Below, one piece after another: positions 18,130 to 28,369 of a stretch of 32,000 nt of DNA. The notes beneath the pieces are model-generated. The model was not told where the DNA came from. It ran no database searches and was given only the letters and a program-made list of their open reading frames with translations. The translations under genes and the position numbers were made by a program. The stretch covers positions 1,620,001-1,652,000 of the forward strand of contig NC_017459.1 in assembly GCF_000237865.1 (NCBI RefSeq). Reading direction: 5' to 3'. The number at the start of each line of letters is the position of its first letter. Positions within the stretch are counted from its first letter, which is position 1. The stretch comes from Haloquadratum walsbyi C23. GTDB lineage: Archaea > Halobacteriota > Halobacteria > Halobacteriales > Haloferacaceae.

Positions 18130-19155
18130 ATGGATAATATGTCTGAGAAAATGCAAGCGGCTGTTGTCTCCGAGCCGGGAGCAGAATTTGATCTTGTTGA
18201 GCGTCCGGTCCCAGAGCCTGACTCGGAGGAAGTTCGTATTGCTGTTGAGGCGTGTGGCATCTGTCACAGTGATGTGTTTGTCAAAGAGGGAACCTATCCG
18301 GGGGTCAAGTACCCACGAGTTCCAGGTCATGAAGTCGCAGGACGGATTGACGCTGTCGGAGCAGATGTGAATATGTGGGAGATTGATGACCGCGTTGGTG
18401 TTGGATGGCATGGTGGTCACTGTTTCGACTGTGATCCATGCCGGCGTGGTGACTTCCAGCAATGTGTTGATGCCAAAGTAACGGGATTGACATATGACGG
18501 AGGATATGCTGAATATACGACTGTTCCCGCCGAGGCAGTGGCTGCGGTCCCTGAGGAATTAAATGCTGTTGAGGCAGCCCCACTACTCTGTGCCGGCGTG
18601 ACGACATATAACGCCCTTAGACATACCGACGCCCGCCCAGGCGATCTTGTTGCTGTACAAGGAATTGGTGGGCTTGGTCACCTTGGTATTCAATATGCGC
18701 ACGCAGCAGGGTTTGAGACGGTCGCACTTTCACGAAGCGCAGACAAAGAGTCACTTGCGAAGGATCTCGGTGCTGATCATTTTATTGATGCAACCGCGGT
18801 TGATCCAGCAGAACGGCTCACTGAACTTGGTGGCGCCTCAGTTATTCTTGCAACTGCTCCTGCGAGTGATGCAATTAGCAGTGTCGTTAGTGGGCTTGGA
18901 GCCGATGGGTCTGTTGTTGTTGTTGGGATTCCAGGTGAACCAATCGAAGCCAGCGGACAGGATCTTGTCGGAGCGCGAAGTAGCGTCGAGGGATGGGCGT
19001 CTGGGGATGCACGCGACTCACAGGATACACTTGAATTCAGTGCTCTTCGCTCGATTACCCCTGAAGTTGAGACATACTCACTCGATGAGGTGACGACAGC
19101 TTACAGTCAGATGATTGAGAATGAAGCACGCTTTCGTGCTGTCATTGAACCCTGA
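18130..19155 (+). CDS. zinc-dependent alcohol dehydrogenase (MDR family)
   Basis: Motifs are GICHSD, GHEVAGRI, the structural zinc site CFDCDPCRRGDFQQC and the Rossmann motif VQGIGGLGH. Confidence 0.9.
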   Translation: MDNMSEKMQAAVVSEPGAEFDLVERPVPEPDSEEVRIAVEACGICHSDVFVKEGTYPGVKYPRVPGHEVAGRIDAVGADVNMWEIDDRVGVGWHGGHCFDCDPCRRGDFQQCVDAKVTGLTYDGGYAEYTTVPAEAVAAVPEELNAVEAAPLLCAGVTTYNALRHTDARPGDLVAVQGIGGLGHLGIQYAHAAGFETVALSRSADKESLAKDLGADHFIDATAVDPAERLTELGGASVILATAPASDAISSVVSGLGADGSVVVVGIPGEPIEASGQDLVGARSSVEGWASGDARDSQDTLEFSALRSITPEVETYSLDEVTTAYSQMIENEARFRAVIEP

Positions 19156-19395
19156 CTGATTATCCAATAGCTGTTATCACGCGTCTCAGGTGGTTGAAGT
19201 AGTTCTGATTCAGATGATTGATCATCGCACCGGAGTGTATCCGGTACTCTTATGGCTGAGTGAACTAGAACGGAGCAAAACAAATAAAAACGCAATATGA
19301 GAGTTCTATGAGGAGAAAGCAGATAGAGCAATCATCTTATTGGGAGTATTTTGCAGTCAACAAAGAGGTTACCATATAATCGCTGAGTAATATAC

Positions 19396-19596
19396 TCAGT
19401 CGGCGCGGCGTTGCTCAACTGCTTGAGTCAGACGCTCTTTATTCACTGGAAGTCGGATTGGCTGTCGAGCACCAAGACGGGATCCAATGGCTGACTCAAG
19501 TCGATCAATTGCCGCTGATACAGCAACACCTGGTAAGTAGAATTCGCGTTCATCTTCGACGGTACGTTTCTGTTTTTCTGAGGTGTTTTGAACCAT
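19396..19596 (-). CDS. small hypothetical protein
   Basis: 66-aa ORF with haloarchaeal-like charged composition in an otherwise empty intergenic region. No motif recognised. Confidence 0.35.
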   Translation of the reverse strand: MVQNTSEKQKRTVEDEREFYLPGVAVSAAIDRLESAIGSRLGARQPIRLPVNKERLTQAVEQRRAD

Positions 19597-19920
19597 CTAT
19601 CTTTAGATAGGTCTTTTCTCCGTATGAGGGTTTGTCAGTACTCATTCATGCTTTTATATACAATATCTATCACGAATGATGAGGGTGAAATACCACGTAA
19701 TTATGATTGATACTATGACTATGGTAATTGCCCGCAAACAGCATGAGATGCATAAAAACGGTGAATCATGTATATTGTATCAACCGTTGATTCTCATCTC
19801 TTTCCAGCAATAATCCAGCAGTTATCTATGAATTATGATATATAATATATTGAATACTATCACACAGGATTGGGTTATATTTTGATTGACTTTTTGCGTG
19901 AAATAAACTATCCAACTAAG

Positions 19921-20349
19921 TTAGATTGAAAGTAACTCGACAAGATTTGATTCGGGATCGCGAAGAAAACAGACTCGTGTTCCCGTATCGGTTGTCTGAG
20001 GAGGACTAACCGTTTCGACATTGCCCGGAAGCGACGCATACATCTCATCAATATCCGAAACGGTAACTCCGATATGCGTTGTTCCAGAAGCATTCAGTTC
20101 GGTCGACGTTTGTTGTGTCTCTGATGGCGTATATGAAACGAGTTCAAGACGACCGTTACCAATATCAAGATGAACGAACTCAGCATGCGCATCTGGAACA
20201 TCAACGGCAGTCGCAAATTCCTCACCATCAACACTGAATCGGGTAAGAACGTCGATATTGAGCGTTTCAGTATAAAAATCGACTATTACCTCAAGCGCGT
20301 CGACAGTAATTCCAATATGATGCAGTTCTGGTGACGGTGTTGATGTCAT
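19921..20349 (-). CDS. VOC/glyoxalase family protein
   Basis: Two VOC half-motifs are present: HHIGITVDALE and HIGVTVSDIDE. The ATG at 20349 is preferred over the TTG at 20370. Confidence 0.85.
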   Translation of the reverse strand: MTSTPSPELHHIGITVDALEVIVDFYTETLNIDVLTRFSVDGEEFATAVDVPDAHAEFVHLDIGNGRLELVSYTPSETQQTSTELNASGTTHIGVTVSDIDEMYASLPGNVETVSPPQTTDTGTRVCFLRDPESNLVELLSI

Positions 20350-20584
20350 CACTGGTCTTAACGAGTGCAATCATAAATATAGTGTTGAATGATCGTTGCA
20401 TTGAATTGAGCGTCTTCAGTATATTATATTTGAGAGGCGGTCGAACTCAAACACCGCTGAGATGTCGTATAACATACACGGGAAATATGTGTGCGTCAAC
20501 ACACTCATATCTATGATTATTGAGTATTAGTTAGTTGTATAAGTGCATAATAACTATAACGTTTCGTTGACATGGGGTGAGTGC

Positions 20585-21250
20585 ATGGCATTCACAGATG
20601 AGATACGCCCCCGAGCAAATGAGATTTGGACAGCAATTGTTGAACATCCGATGGTTGCTGGTATTGGCGATGGGACGCTTCAAGCGGAGCCGTTTAAATA
20701 CTGGGTCCGACAGGATTATCAATATCTCATTGAATACAGCAGACTCTTTGCGCTTGGCGCGGCAAAAGCGCCAACGTTTGACCGCATGAAGACATTTACG
20801 CAGTTACTTACTGCAACACTCACCGAAGAGATGGATCTTCATCGGTCATATGCAGCAGAGTTTGGAATCACTGAGAGTGAACTTGAAACAACATCACTGT
20901 CGCCGACCACACAAGGATACACTGATTTTCTCCTTCGAACTGCGGCACTTGGTTCGTTCACAGACCTCGTTGTAGCATTATTACCCTGTATGTGGGGATT
21001 CAATGATGTAGCCACACAGCTTGCTGCTGACGGACTCCCCGCAGATGAACGATATGCGGCGTGGATTGAGATGTACACTGGCGAGGAGTTTAACGAACTC
21101 ACAGAGTGGTGTCTCACTCTTACTGATGAGATGACCGCTGGAGCAAGTGAGACGGATATTGAGCGGTATCGTCATATATTCGAGACCTCAGCACAGTATG
21201 AATATCGATTCTGGGATGCTGCATGGCGACGTGAGGAGTGGACAATCTAG
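20585..21250 (+). CDS. tenA: TenA/thiaminase II family protein
   Basis: WTAIVEHPMVAGIGDGTLQAEPFKYWVRQDYQYLIEYSRLFA is typical of TenA. The start is at the ATG of MAFTDEIRP. Confidence 0.85.
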   Translation: MAFTDEIRPRANEIWTAIVEHPMVAGIGDGTLQAEPFKYWVRQDYQYLIEYSRLFALGAAKAPTFDRMKTFTQLLTATLTEEMDLHRSYAAEFGITESELETTSLSPTTQGYTDFLLRTAALGSFTDLVVALLPCMWGFNDVATQLAADGLPADERYAAWIEMYTGEEFNELTEWCLTLTDEMTAGASETDIERYRHIFETSAQYEYRFWDAAWRREEWTI

Positions 21251-21338
21251 CAATGTATTTGAGAGACTTATCGAATGGTAATATGAAACTAATGAAGAGA
21301 CAATTGGTGGATATGACGAAATTTGGAGGCTGGATATC

Positions 21339-22910
21339 ATGGTGAGCACAACTCTTGTACTTGGACTCACCGTGATGACGCTTATTGGGTTCACAATTAC
21401 TGGTATGTGGTATAGCCAGGGTCGGGTTACATCAATTGAAGATCTCATTTCCGCACGGAATCAAGCGGGAGCTAATCGGATAACAGCAACACTTGTTGCA
21501 TCAGTTATGGGTGTGTGGATTCTGTTCGCAGCACCGGAAGCAGGAGCAGGGTTTGGTGTCGCAGCAGTTATTGGATATGCCGTTGGCGAGGCTGTACCGA
21601 TGTATGTTTATTCTCGGGTAGGTCCACGAATTCGAGAGTTGATTCCATCAGGACACTCACTCACTGAGTATGCCCGTGCACGCTATGGAACAGCAATGTA
21701 TGCGTTTGTCGTCGGTGTCAGCGGTCTGTATATGTTTGTGTTCGTTGCGGCGGAGTTGACTGGGATTGCAGGGGCACTTGCATTTGTTGCTGATGTTCCA
21801 CAGTGGCAAACAGCAACACTCGTTGGTGGTTTTGTATTACTATATACCGGCTATGGCGGACTTCGGGCAAGTATATTCACTGATACAGTACAGGCAGTTG
21901 TCGTTATCCCATTGTTAGCTGTTGCATTCATAGCAACGGTGTTTGCACTTGGTGGACCAAGTTCAGTTCTCGGAAATATCACAGCCGCTGATCCAGGACT
22001 TCTTGATCCAACAGCCGCAGCAGGGTTCCAGTTCGGGCTTGCACTTGCGTTTGCTATCCTTGGAGCGGAGTTACTTAATCAAACATGGTGGCAACGAATC
22101 TATGCGGGAACAGACAGTGAGAGTATCGCAGTTGCATTCCGCCGAGCGACGGTTCTGAATGGTCTTATTGTCTTTATCGCTGCATTTCTTGGTGTTGTTG
22201 CAGCGGGACATACAGATATCGTGACCAACCCCACAAGTGCAGCATACAATGCTGATGTAGCATTTTTTGTCTTACTCGAGACAGCGGTCCCAGAGTGGGT
22301 GATTCTTGTTGTGGTACTGCTTGCATTGTCACTTGTGATGAGCTCTGTCGATACACTATTTAATGCGCTTTCGAGTCTCATCACCGTTGATCTTGCTCGG
22401 ATATATCCGGGGAGTACTGATCGCCAACTTCGATGGATCGCACGTGGTTTTACACTTTGTATTGCATTTGCGGCTATCTATGTTAGTGTCCGAGCACAGA
22501 GTGTGCTTCGATTGTTTTTCCTTGCAGATCTTCTTGGGACAGCCCTTGCATTCCCACTTGTATATGGGCTCTACAGTGAGCGACTCACTGGCTTTGGTGC
22601 ACTCGCTGGGAGTCTCTCTGGACTTGCGGTTGGACTTGCGTATTTTCCGGACCTTCGTGGCTTTATTACTGCAATCCCGCTTGTCGGTCCAGCACTTCCG
22701 AGTGCTGACCCACTGTATCTCACCGCGTTTGGCGGATCATTTCTCACCTCAATCGGTGTTACAATAGTTATCTCTCGACTCACGACAACACGATTTGATC
22801 TTGATACGCTTAGTGCTGAGATCACACGTCTTGATGAACCAATAGCAGATGGTGGTCGGACGTATTCTGCGGAATCATCCCTATGCCCTGATGGGAACTC
22901 CGATGACTGA
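21339..22910 (+). CDS. sodium:solute symporter family transporter
   Basis: 523 aa with about 13 hydrophobic helices and SSS-like features. Substrate is unknown. Confidence 0.8.
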   Translation: MVSTTLVLGLTVMTLIGFTITGMWYSQGRVTSIEDLISARNQAGANRITATLVASVMGVWILFAAPEAGAGFGVAAVIGYAVGEAVPMYVYSRVGPRIRELIPSGHSLTEYARARYGTAMYAFVVGVSGLYMFVFVAAELTGIAGALAFVADVPQWQTATLVGGFVLLYTGYGGLRASIFTDTVQAVVVIPLLAVAFIATVFALGGPSSVLGNITAADPGLLDPTAAAGFQFGLALAFAILGAELLNQTWWQRIYAGTDSESIAVAFRRATVLNGLIVFIAAFLGVVAAGHTDIVTNPTSAAYNADVAFFVLLETAVPEWVILVVVLLALSLVMSSVDTLFNALSSLITVDLARIYPGSTDRQLRWIARGFTLCIAFAAIYVSVRAQSVLRLFFLADLLGTALAFPLVYGLYSERLTGFGALAGSLSGLAVGLAYFPDLRGFITAIPLVGPALPSADPLYLTAFGGSFLTSIGVTIVISRLTTTRFDLDTLSAEITRLDEPIADGGRTYSAESSLCPDGNSDD

Positions 22911-22929
22911 TTTAACTGAAAAATAAGAC

Positions 22930-23420
22930 TTGACATCTTCCTCCGCGTGAACGCGGAGGGATCCCACGGCACCACACCGTTGCGCTGAGTTGGGAGTCTC
23001 AGGTGCAGGTTCATAGACCGCCAAGCTCACACGCCGTGCGAATCAGTATGAAACCACATAACGGATAGCCTTCTTGGACTGGCAGTACCACATCTTACTT
23101 TCGGTACTCCTATCCTCAGCCGAAAACGCGTTCGTGTGTTGGCTTCCCTAAAGGAGCGGTGGTCGGCACTCGGGTTCACCAAACTCGGAGTTACTTGTAT
23201 TGGTGACGATAGCCCGATGGTTGTTTGTTTCCCACGTGGAGCACACCCTGCTTCCAGTGTGGGCGGACACTCACACTTGAATCGCCACCTTTGAATCGCC
23301 ACCTTTCGGGCACTCGGCTACACTAGGATCAGAGCCAGTGCGCCGACAGTTATATATACGTCATGTTGCGACCGTTCGGAAATCCCCGGTCTGAAGACCG
23401 TGGTATTGCGCCTGTATTAG
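22930..23420 (+). repeat. large hairpin-rich non-coding repeat, copy A (most diverged; first hairpin has no insert)
   Basis: It starts TTGACATCTTCCTCCGCG-TGAA-CGCGGAGG. It shares internal blocks with copies B and C: GGACT..AGTACC..GGTACTCCTATCC and GGAGTTACTT. The 3' boundary is approximate. Confidence 0.6.
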
Positions 23421-23575
23421 CTATAACTGAATAATATTGAGTACGATATGCTAATCATTGTGCTGATGACTTTCATGATTATAAGACTCTATTTCTCACT
23501 CAAATGCGGTTGACCTGGGAGACCACAGAAGGGTTATTGCATATAATCTACAATATTAATCAAGAGAGATATCAT

Positions 23576-24145
23576 ATGAGCACGACACCTGATGACTGGC
23601 AAGCAGCGATAAACGAGAGTCGAACGAACAAAGAACGATATTTTCGTAGTAGCGATCGGTCACCGGTGCCCCCGGAGTTTAGAGGCGAGTCATTTCCTGG
23701 CTTAGCGTATTATTCAATCGATCCAGAGTATCGATTTACCGTTCCACTCACGCGTGATGATGACCCAGAAACTATTACCGTCGAGACAACTGCTGATGGA
23801 GAGCAAACATACCGCCGCGTTGGGACCTTTGATATCACAGTTGAGACGACTCCAGTCTCAATCGCGGCATATGAACCAACGGATGGCAGTGATCGACTAT
23901 GGGTTCCATTCCGCGATGCAACAAGTGGATCCGAAACATACGGTGCAGGACGATATATTGATCTTGAGCCAACAGAAGACCACAATGACGATGGGACATG
24001 GACACTCGATCTGAATCGTGCGTATAATCCAACATGTGCGTACAATCCAGCATATGAGTGCCCGCTTGTCCCTGCGGAAAATTGGCTTGATGTTCCAATT
24101 GAGGTCGGCGAAAAAGACTTTCCTGGAAATTTCCATGATGATTAG
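23576..24145 (+). CDS. DUF1684 family protein
   Basis: ETYGAGRYIDLEP and LDLNRAYNPTCAYNPAYECP are typical of DUF1684. The start is at the ATG of MSTTPDDW. Confidence 0.85.
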   Translation: MSTTPDDWQAAINESRTNKERYFRSSDRSPVPPEFRGESFPGLAYYSIDPEYRFTVPLTRDDDPETITVETTADGEQTYRRVGTFDITVETTPVSIAAYEPTDGSDRLWVPFRDATSGSETYGAGRYIDLEPTEDHNDDGTWTLDLNRAYNPTCAYNPAYECPLVPAENWLDVPIEVGEKDFPGNFHDD

Positions 24146-24383
24146 GAATGGGTAATCGCCACAATCAGCTGTCACTGCTAATAAGTGCCATACGAGAGAT
24201 AAGCTAAAGCTGACATTGACTTTGACTGTGGCAAGCTACCGACAGATATCAAGCGCCTCCATTTCGATATAAAAATATCACATTGAGAAATACGCAGCGT
24301 CTCACTCACACTGTGGGTGTGTGAGGTACATGGCTATTAGACGTCATTAGTATGATACATACTCATTTCATGATCGACATAGA

Positions 24384-24893
24384 TCATTCTGAATGACGAA
24401 TCGTCAAGACAGGTGCATCTGAGAGACGAACGACCTTTTCTGCAACACTTCCAAGGAGATAATGATCAACACCGCGTCGCCCGTGTGTCCCCATCGTAAT
24501 CAAGTCAATATGATGATCATCAGCGTAATCAAGTATTTTCTGATAGACATCAGCACCGACCTGAACCTCCGTTCGGGTCCCAACCTCACCAAGATCGTCT
24601 GCAACATCATCAACAACTGTCTCACCGTACTCAAAGAGTGACCGACGCGTTTCCTCAGGAATCTCCGGTGATCCACGCATTCCTGATTGTTTCCCTGTCG
24701 ATGATTCACCGGTCATCCCGGAGATATTATCTGGCGATAACTCTGCGATCATACCTGATCCAACATGCCCGGGATCGACGATGAACAATACATGCACAGT
24801 TGCATCATGATTGAGTGCAATACTCTCAAGATGATCGAATGCTGCCTCAGCGTTCTCGCTCCCGTCTGTCGGATACAATATTTGACTGTACAT
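24384..24893 (-). CDS. universal stress protein (UspA family)
   Basis: Motifs are ILYPTDGSENA and ITMGTHGRRGVDHYLLGSVAEKVVRLSDAPVLTIR. The start is taken at the internal Met (MYSQ...); its coordinate is derived from the ORF track frame. Confidence 0.85.
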   Translation of the reverse strand: MYSQILYPTDGSENAEAAFDHLESIALNHDATVHVLFIVDPGHVGSGMIAELSPDNISGMTGESSTGKQSGMRGSPEIPEETRRSLFEYGETVVDDVADDLGEVGTRTEVQVGADVYQKILDYADDHHIDLITMGTHGRRGVDHYLLGSVAEKVVRLSDAPVLTIRHSE

Positions 24894-25095
24894 CCAGTAT
24901 AACCATTCAAATAACAATCATATAAAATAATTCATTATTGGCAATAATATATTATTATTTACTTATTTATTTGATGAATCACTTCGGGGGTCATATCAAA
25001 GCCTCGAGGCACTCACCTTGTTTATGCGTAGAATTCATTATATTGTAAACAATTTGTGGTTATAGAAGGTGCATCTAGAATCACATCGGTCTGCA

Positions 25096-25152
25096 GTGAA
25101 CGGCCTCGACCTACTCAGCCGTCAGAGACGGCTTCGGTGAGGACGGGGCTTC
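25096..25152 (+). repeat. about 57-nt structured intergenic motif, copy 2
   Basis: GTGAAC..CCTACTC-AGCCGTC-agag-GACGGCT-TCGGTGAGGACGGGGCTTCC. It aligns with 16926-16983. Confidence 0.5.
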
Positions 25153-25518
25153 CAGCGAAGTTTCCTTCAGGGTCTAATCAGATTCACAAGCAGAGAGAAT
25201 TATTCGTTGTGGGGCGCCCATGGCCCGCTCTAAACTCTCTTTCTCAAGCATTTTGTTTGAGAGGTTGAACATACCTGTCTGAACAGTGGCGAAACGACAA
25301 GAACGGATCGTGTTTCCGTCTGCGCTGCTGGTTTGAATTAGTTCTACGTTAAATAATAACTTATTTGATAGCTTAGATGTTAGTTATTCCAGTCTGCCAG
25401 GTGTATCCCCTCGCTACTCGTTCGTTTCACTCACTTCTTGAGGAGGGGGTCTTGCCCTCAGATTTGGATAATACGCCAACCAGGATGTTTATTGCTCTGA
25501 TAGAACAATATTGCCTAT

Positions 25519-26196
25519 ATGGACAGGCGGAATTATCTTCACGTTATTGCCGGCGCAGGGGCTTTCGCAACAGCTGGATGTCTTGGGTCAACACTGAGCT
25601 TTCGTGATAGTAATCCGAATGTCATTCTCGCCGAACCTGAGCGTGAGTACACAAGCGAAGAGTTGCCATATCCAGCATGGGGGCAGCGTGTTCCAGACGT
25701 AACACTTCCTAGTTCAATCGGGTCTCAGACGGTAACAATCAGAGATATTGAGACACCGTCGATTGTAACATTCTTTTATAGTCACTGTCAGACTGTCTGT
25801 CCAGTGTTAATCCAAACAGTACGTAACATCCAGGCAGACGCAATTGAAAATGACTATGCTGATCAAGTAACGTTCCTTCCGACGACATTCGACCCACAGC
25901 GTGATGACGCCGCACGACTTCGTGAATATAGCAAAACGATGAATATTGCAGTGGATAATGACAATTGGCAGTTCCTCCGCCCAGCATCGCCCGAACGAGC
26001 AAAAGCTGTCGTTGAGGAGGAATTCGGGGTTACCTTCGAGCGAACACATCCAGATGACATGGATATGTACATGTTCGCTCACTCTGCACTCACATATTTA
26101 ATTAATGCTGATGGGTATATTGAGCGTGCCTATCGAACACAGGCGCCAGATATCAGCCAAATGATCACCGACCTCAAACCACTCCGAGAGCAATGA
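25519..26196 (+). CDS. SCO1/SenC copper chaperone, Tat/lipobox signal
   Basis: The N-terminus MDRRNYLHVIAGAGAFATAGC has a twin-arginine motif and a lipobox. The CQTVCP motif and the downstream conserved His are present. Confidence 0.85.
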   Translation: MDRRNYLHVIAGAGAFATAGCLGSTLSFRDSNPNVILAEPEREYTSEELPYPAWGQRVPDVTLPSSIGSQTVTIRDIETPSIVTFFYSHCQTVCPVLIQTVRNIQADAIENDYADQVTFLPTTFDPQRDDAARLREYSKTMNIAVDNDNWQFLRPASPERAKAVVEEEFGVTFERTHPDDMDMYMFAHSALTYLINADGYIERAYRTQAPDISQMITDLKPLREQ

Positions 26197-26798
26197 GGCG
26201 GCGTGCGGTTCTCAAAGCTACTGGTGGGATTGTGCTTACCGGTGGAAGTGTGATGATACTACAGCGTGGAATCCCGACCCTGAATCCAACTGAGACACAA
26301 TCAGGCACCACGAGCGAATCCAGTGAGGCAGTTAATTCGAAGACGACATTTCCGATTCAGCTATCGACATTAGGCGCTGAGGGGTCTACAGAGAGAACAG
26401 TACGGGTTCCAACTGCGGGGATGCCGACAGTGATCGATTTATTCGCAACATGGTGCACACCATGTCAGGCGCAGATGGACGCACTCTCAACAGTCTATAG
26501 CAAATATAACGATCAGGTCGGATTTATTTCGGTCACAAACGAGCGGATTGGTGGAACGCTCACCCGTGCAGATATAAGATCGTGGTGGAATGAGCATGAT
26601 GGAAGGTGGAGTGTTGGTCTTGACCCCAAAAGCAAATTGATGAATATCCTTGGCGCACAGGGACTTCCATATCTTGCTATTACTGATACAACAGGAGAAA
26701 TACGATGGGAAGATACCGGTATGACATCAGCATCGACGCTCCAACGTGAGCTAGATGCTGTCTTATCTGAAAGTGAGGATGAGAACGAGAACGAGTGA
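26193..26798 (+). CDS. TlpA/ResA-like thiol-disulfide oxidoreductase
   Basis: The active site is WCTPCQ and the N-terminus has an RRR signal. It overlaps the SCO1 stop by 4 nt. Confidence 0.85.
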   Translation: MRRRAVLKATGGIVLTGGSVMILQRGIPTLNPTETQSGTTSESSEAVNSKTTFPIQLSTLGAEGSTERTVRVPTAGMPTVIDLFATWCTPCQAQMDALSTVYSKYNDQVGFISVTNERIGGTLTRADIRSWWNEHDGRWSVGLDPKSKLMNILGAQGLPYLAITDTTGEIRWEDTGMTSASTLQRELDAVLSESEDENENE

Positions 26799-26928
26799 GT
26801 ATAATTACAACCCTATCGATACAGCCGTTTTGATGATTCAATCTGTCACAAGCGCATGAGTCCTGTTGTATGTATACATGCATAATGTATCGAACCATCT
26901 GCATGGCTTTTATTCAATTGTGGAGACA

Positions 26929-27627
26929 ATGAGTATATCATTTCTAAGTATAATCGAGCAGATTGCACTCTTTGGATTCAAGACAAAAGTTGTTGGTATA
27001 CTCGCATTTGCCGCAGGTGCCGGGGTTGCAACATTTTTTGCACCCTGTGCATTTCCATTACTGCCGGGCTATATTGGCTATTATTTTAATCAACCCAAGA
27101 CACCATCGGGATTGCTTTCAGGGGTCACAGCCGCGAGTGGGGCAGTTGTGATGCTCGGAGTTGTCGCAGGGCTCACAGCAATCATTGGTCGTCGTCTCAC
27201 CACAATATTACCTCTATTCGAACCGGTTATTGGAGTTGCACTGATTATATTTGGAGTATTGTTATGGGTTGAATGGACGCCAACAACAATTCCACTTACG
27301 CGTCGACCGGACTCATTAGTTGGATTCGGTATCTTTGGTGCAGTCTATGCGGTTGCAGCCGCTGGATGTGTCATTCCCTTATTCCTTGGCGTGGTTACGC
27401 AGGCAGTTTCACTCTCGCCGACAAATGCGGCAGCCGTCCTTTTCACCTATGCTGCCGGGGTTGCACTTCCACTTATTGGCGTGACACTCCTTGCAGAGTC
27501 TGGTCTGACTGCCTGGCAGAGACTCGGGCATTATACAGGGCGGATTGAACAAATAGCAGCAGGTCTCCTTGTCACCGCTGGCGCTGGACAATTATATCTC
27601 TCGATTGTCGTACTTGATGTACTATAA
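26929..27627 (+). CDS. ccdA: CcdA/DsbD-family cytochrome c biogenesis thiol transporter
   Basis: Motifs are FFAPCAFPLLPGYIGYY and AAGCVIPLF, with six or more hydrophobic helices. The start is at the ATG of MSISFL. Confidence 0.85.
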   Translation: MSISFLSIIEQIALFGFKTKVVGILAFAAGAGVATFFAPCAFPLLPGYIGYYFNQPKTPSGLLSGVTAASGAVVMLGVVAGLTAIIGRRLTTILPLFEPVIGVALIIFGVLLWVEWTPTTIPLTRRPDSLVGFGIFGAVYAVAAAGCVIPLFLGVVTQAVSLSPTNAAAVLFTYAAGVALPLIGVTLLAESGLTAWQRLGHYTGRIEQIAAGLLVTAGAGQLYLSIVVLDVL

Positions 27628-27672
27628 CTATTATTAATCTTACATTCGCCACCTAAATGGAGTCCATTGCAA

Positions 27673-28294
27673 TTGACATCCTCCTCCGCGTGTGGTGCTC
27701 CTGAAAGCTTATTGAGGAATTCAATCCAAAATCTTGTCATAGAGTAGCTGCTGATACTATTGTGTAGGACCTGTGATTCGAAATGTTTCACGGAGTACTA
27801 TTAATGCGAAGGAATCCTGAGCGTGAGTGATGGAGATTTCAAGATTGCTATCCCATTAAGCACCCAAACGGTAAGAATCCGTAATGTTGCTTGCGGTCTG
27901 TAGCGGGTGGGACTATTGGGAGTACCAAGTCCCCGGTACTGCTATCCTCGACTCCGTTCGACCCTTCGTGGTTATTTGTGCCCGACGAGGGTTGAGTGGG
28001 CGTCAACGGACTTGGAGTTACTTTGAGTCTGCTTACAACGGTCAGTTCCAGTCAACTCCGGTCGAATCCTGCGAATCCTGTGAGGATTCGTCGGTTATTG
28101 ACTAGTTCGGATTACTGTTTGATCGCTTGTGGCGGGGAGGCCGCCATCGTCGGACGAGGCAGAATCACTCTGTTCTCGCCTGATAGTGATTCGTTCGAAT
28201 AGTTTCGCCGACGGTGTCGAATGACGCGGGTTCAGCGGCTCACATTACCGACACCAATAATCACGGCGATGAAGACTTGCACTAATCATTATGA
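27673..28294 (+). repeat. large hairpin-rich non-coding repeat, copy B
   Basis: The 5' 19-mer TTGACATCCTCCTCCGCGT is identical to copy C. Shared blocks are GGAATCCTGAGCGTGAG and GGCGG..GCCGCCATCGTCGGA. The 3' module 28207-28294 is about 85 percent identical to 30006-30094, and similarity stops at TATGA. Confidence 0.75.
27692..27804. mobile_element. about 113-nt insert in the loop of the first hairpin of copy B
   Basis: It lies between CCTCCGCGT and a degenerate 3' stem half TGCGAAGGA, where copy A has only the loop TGAA. Its sequence differs from the insert in copy C. No second copy in the window. Confidence 0.35.
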
Positions 28295-28369
28295 TTCCCA
28301 TGTCAGATTTTGACTGTCTGCCGATTCAATGTATGGATTAATAATCTCGGGATAGCTGTTGAACGTGAG

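Noticed and set aside
20371-20584. TPP riboswitch upstream of tenA (contains ACCGCTGAGA)
   Set aside because: Only the CTGAGA box is present. The downstream ACCC...CCTGA...GGTAATGCC...AGGGA elements of the TPP aptamer are absent.
24305-24325. Hairpin CTCACAC-n7-GTGTGAG between the convergent DUF1684 and uspA genes as a terminator
   Set aside because: The stem is short and no T-tract follows. Archaeal termination does not require such hairpins, so there is too little evidence to annotate it.
25056-25268. 70-aa ORF upstream of the SCO1 gene
   Set aside because: GTG-started and Arg/Ser/Pro-rich. It coincides with the 57-nt structured motif (25096-25152), which explains the open frame better.
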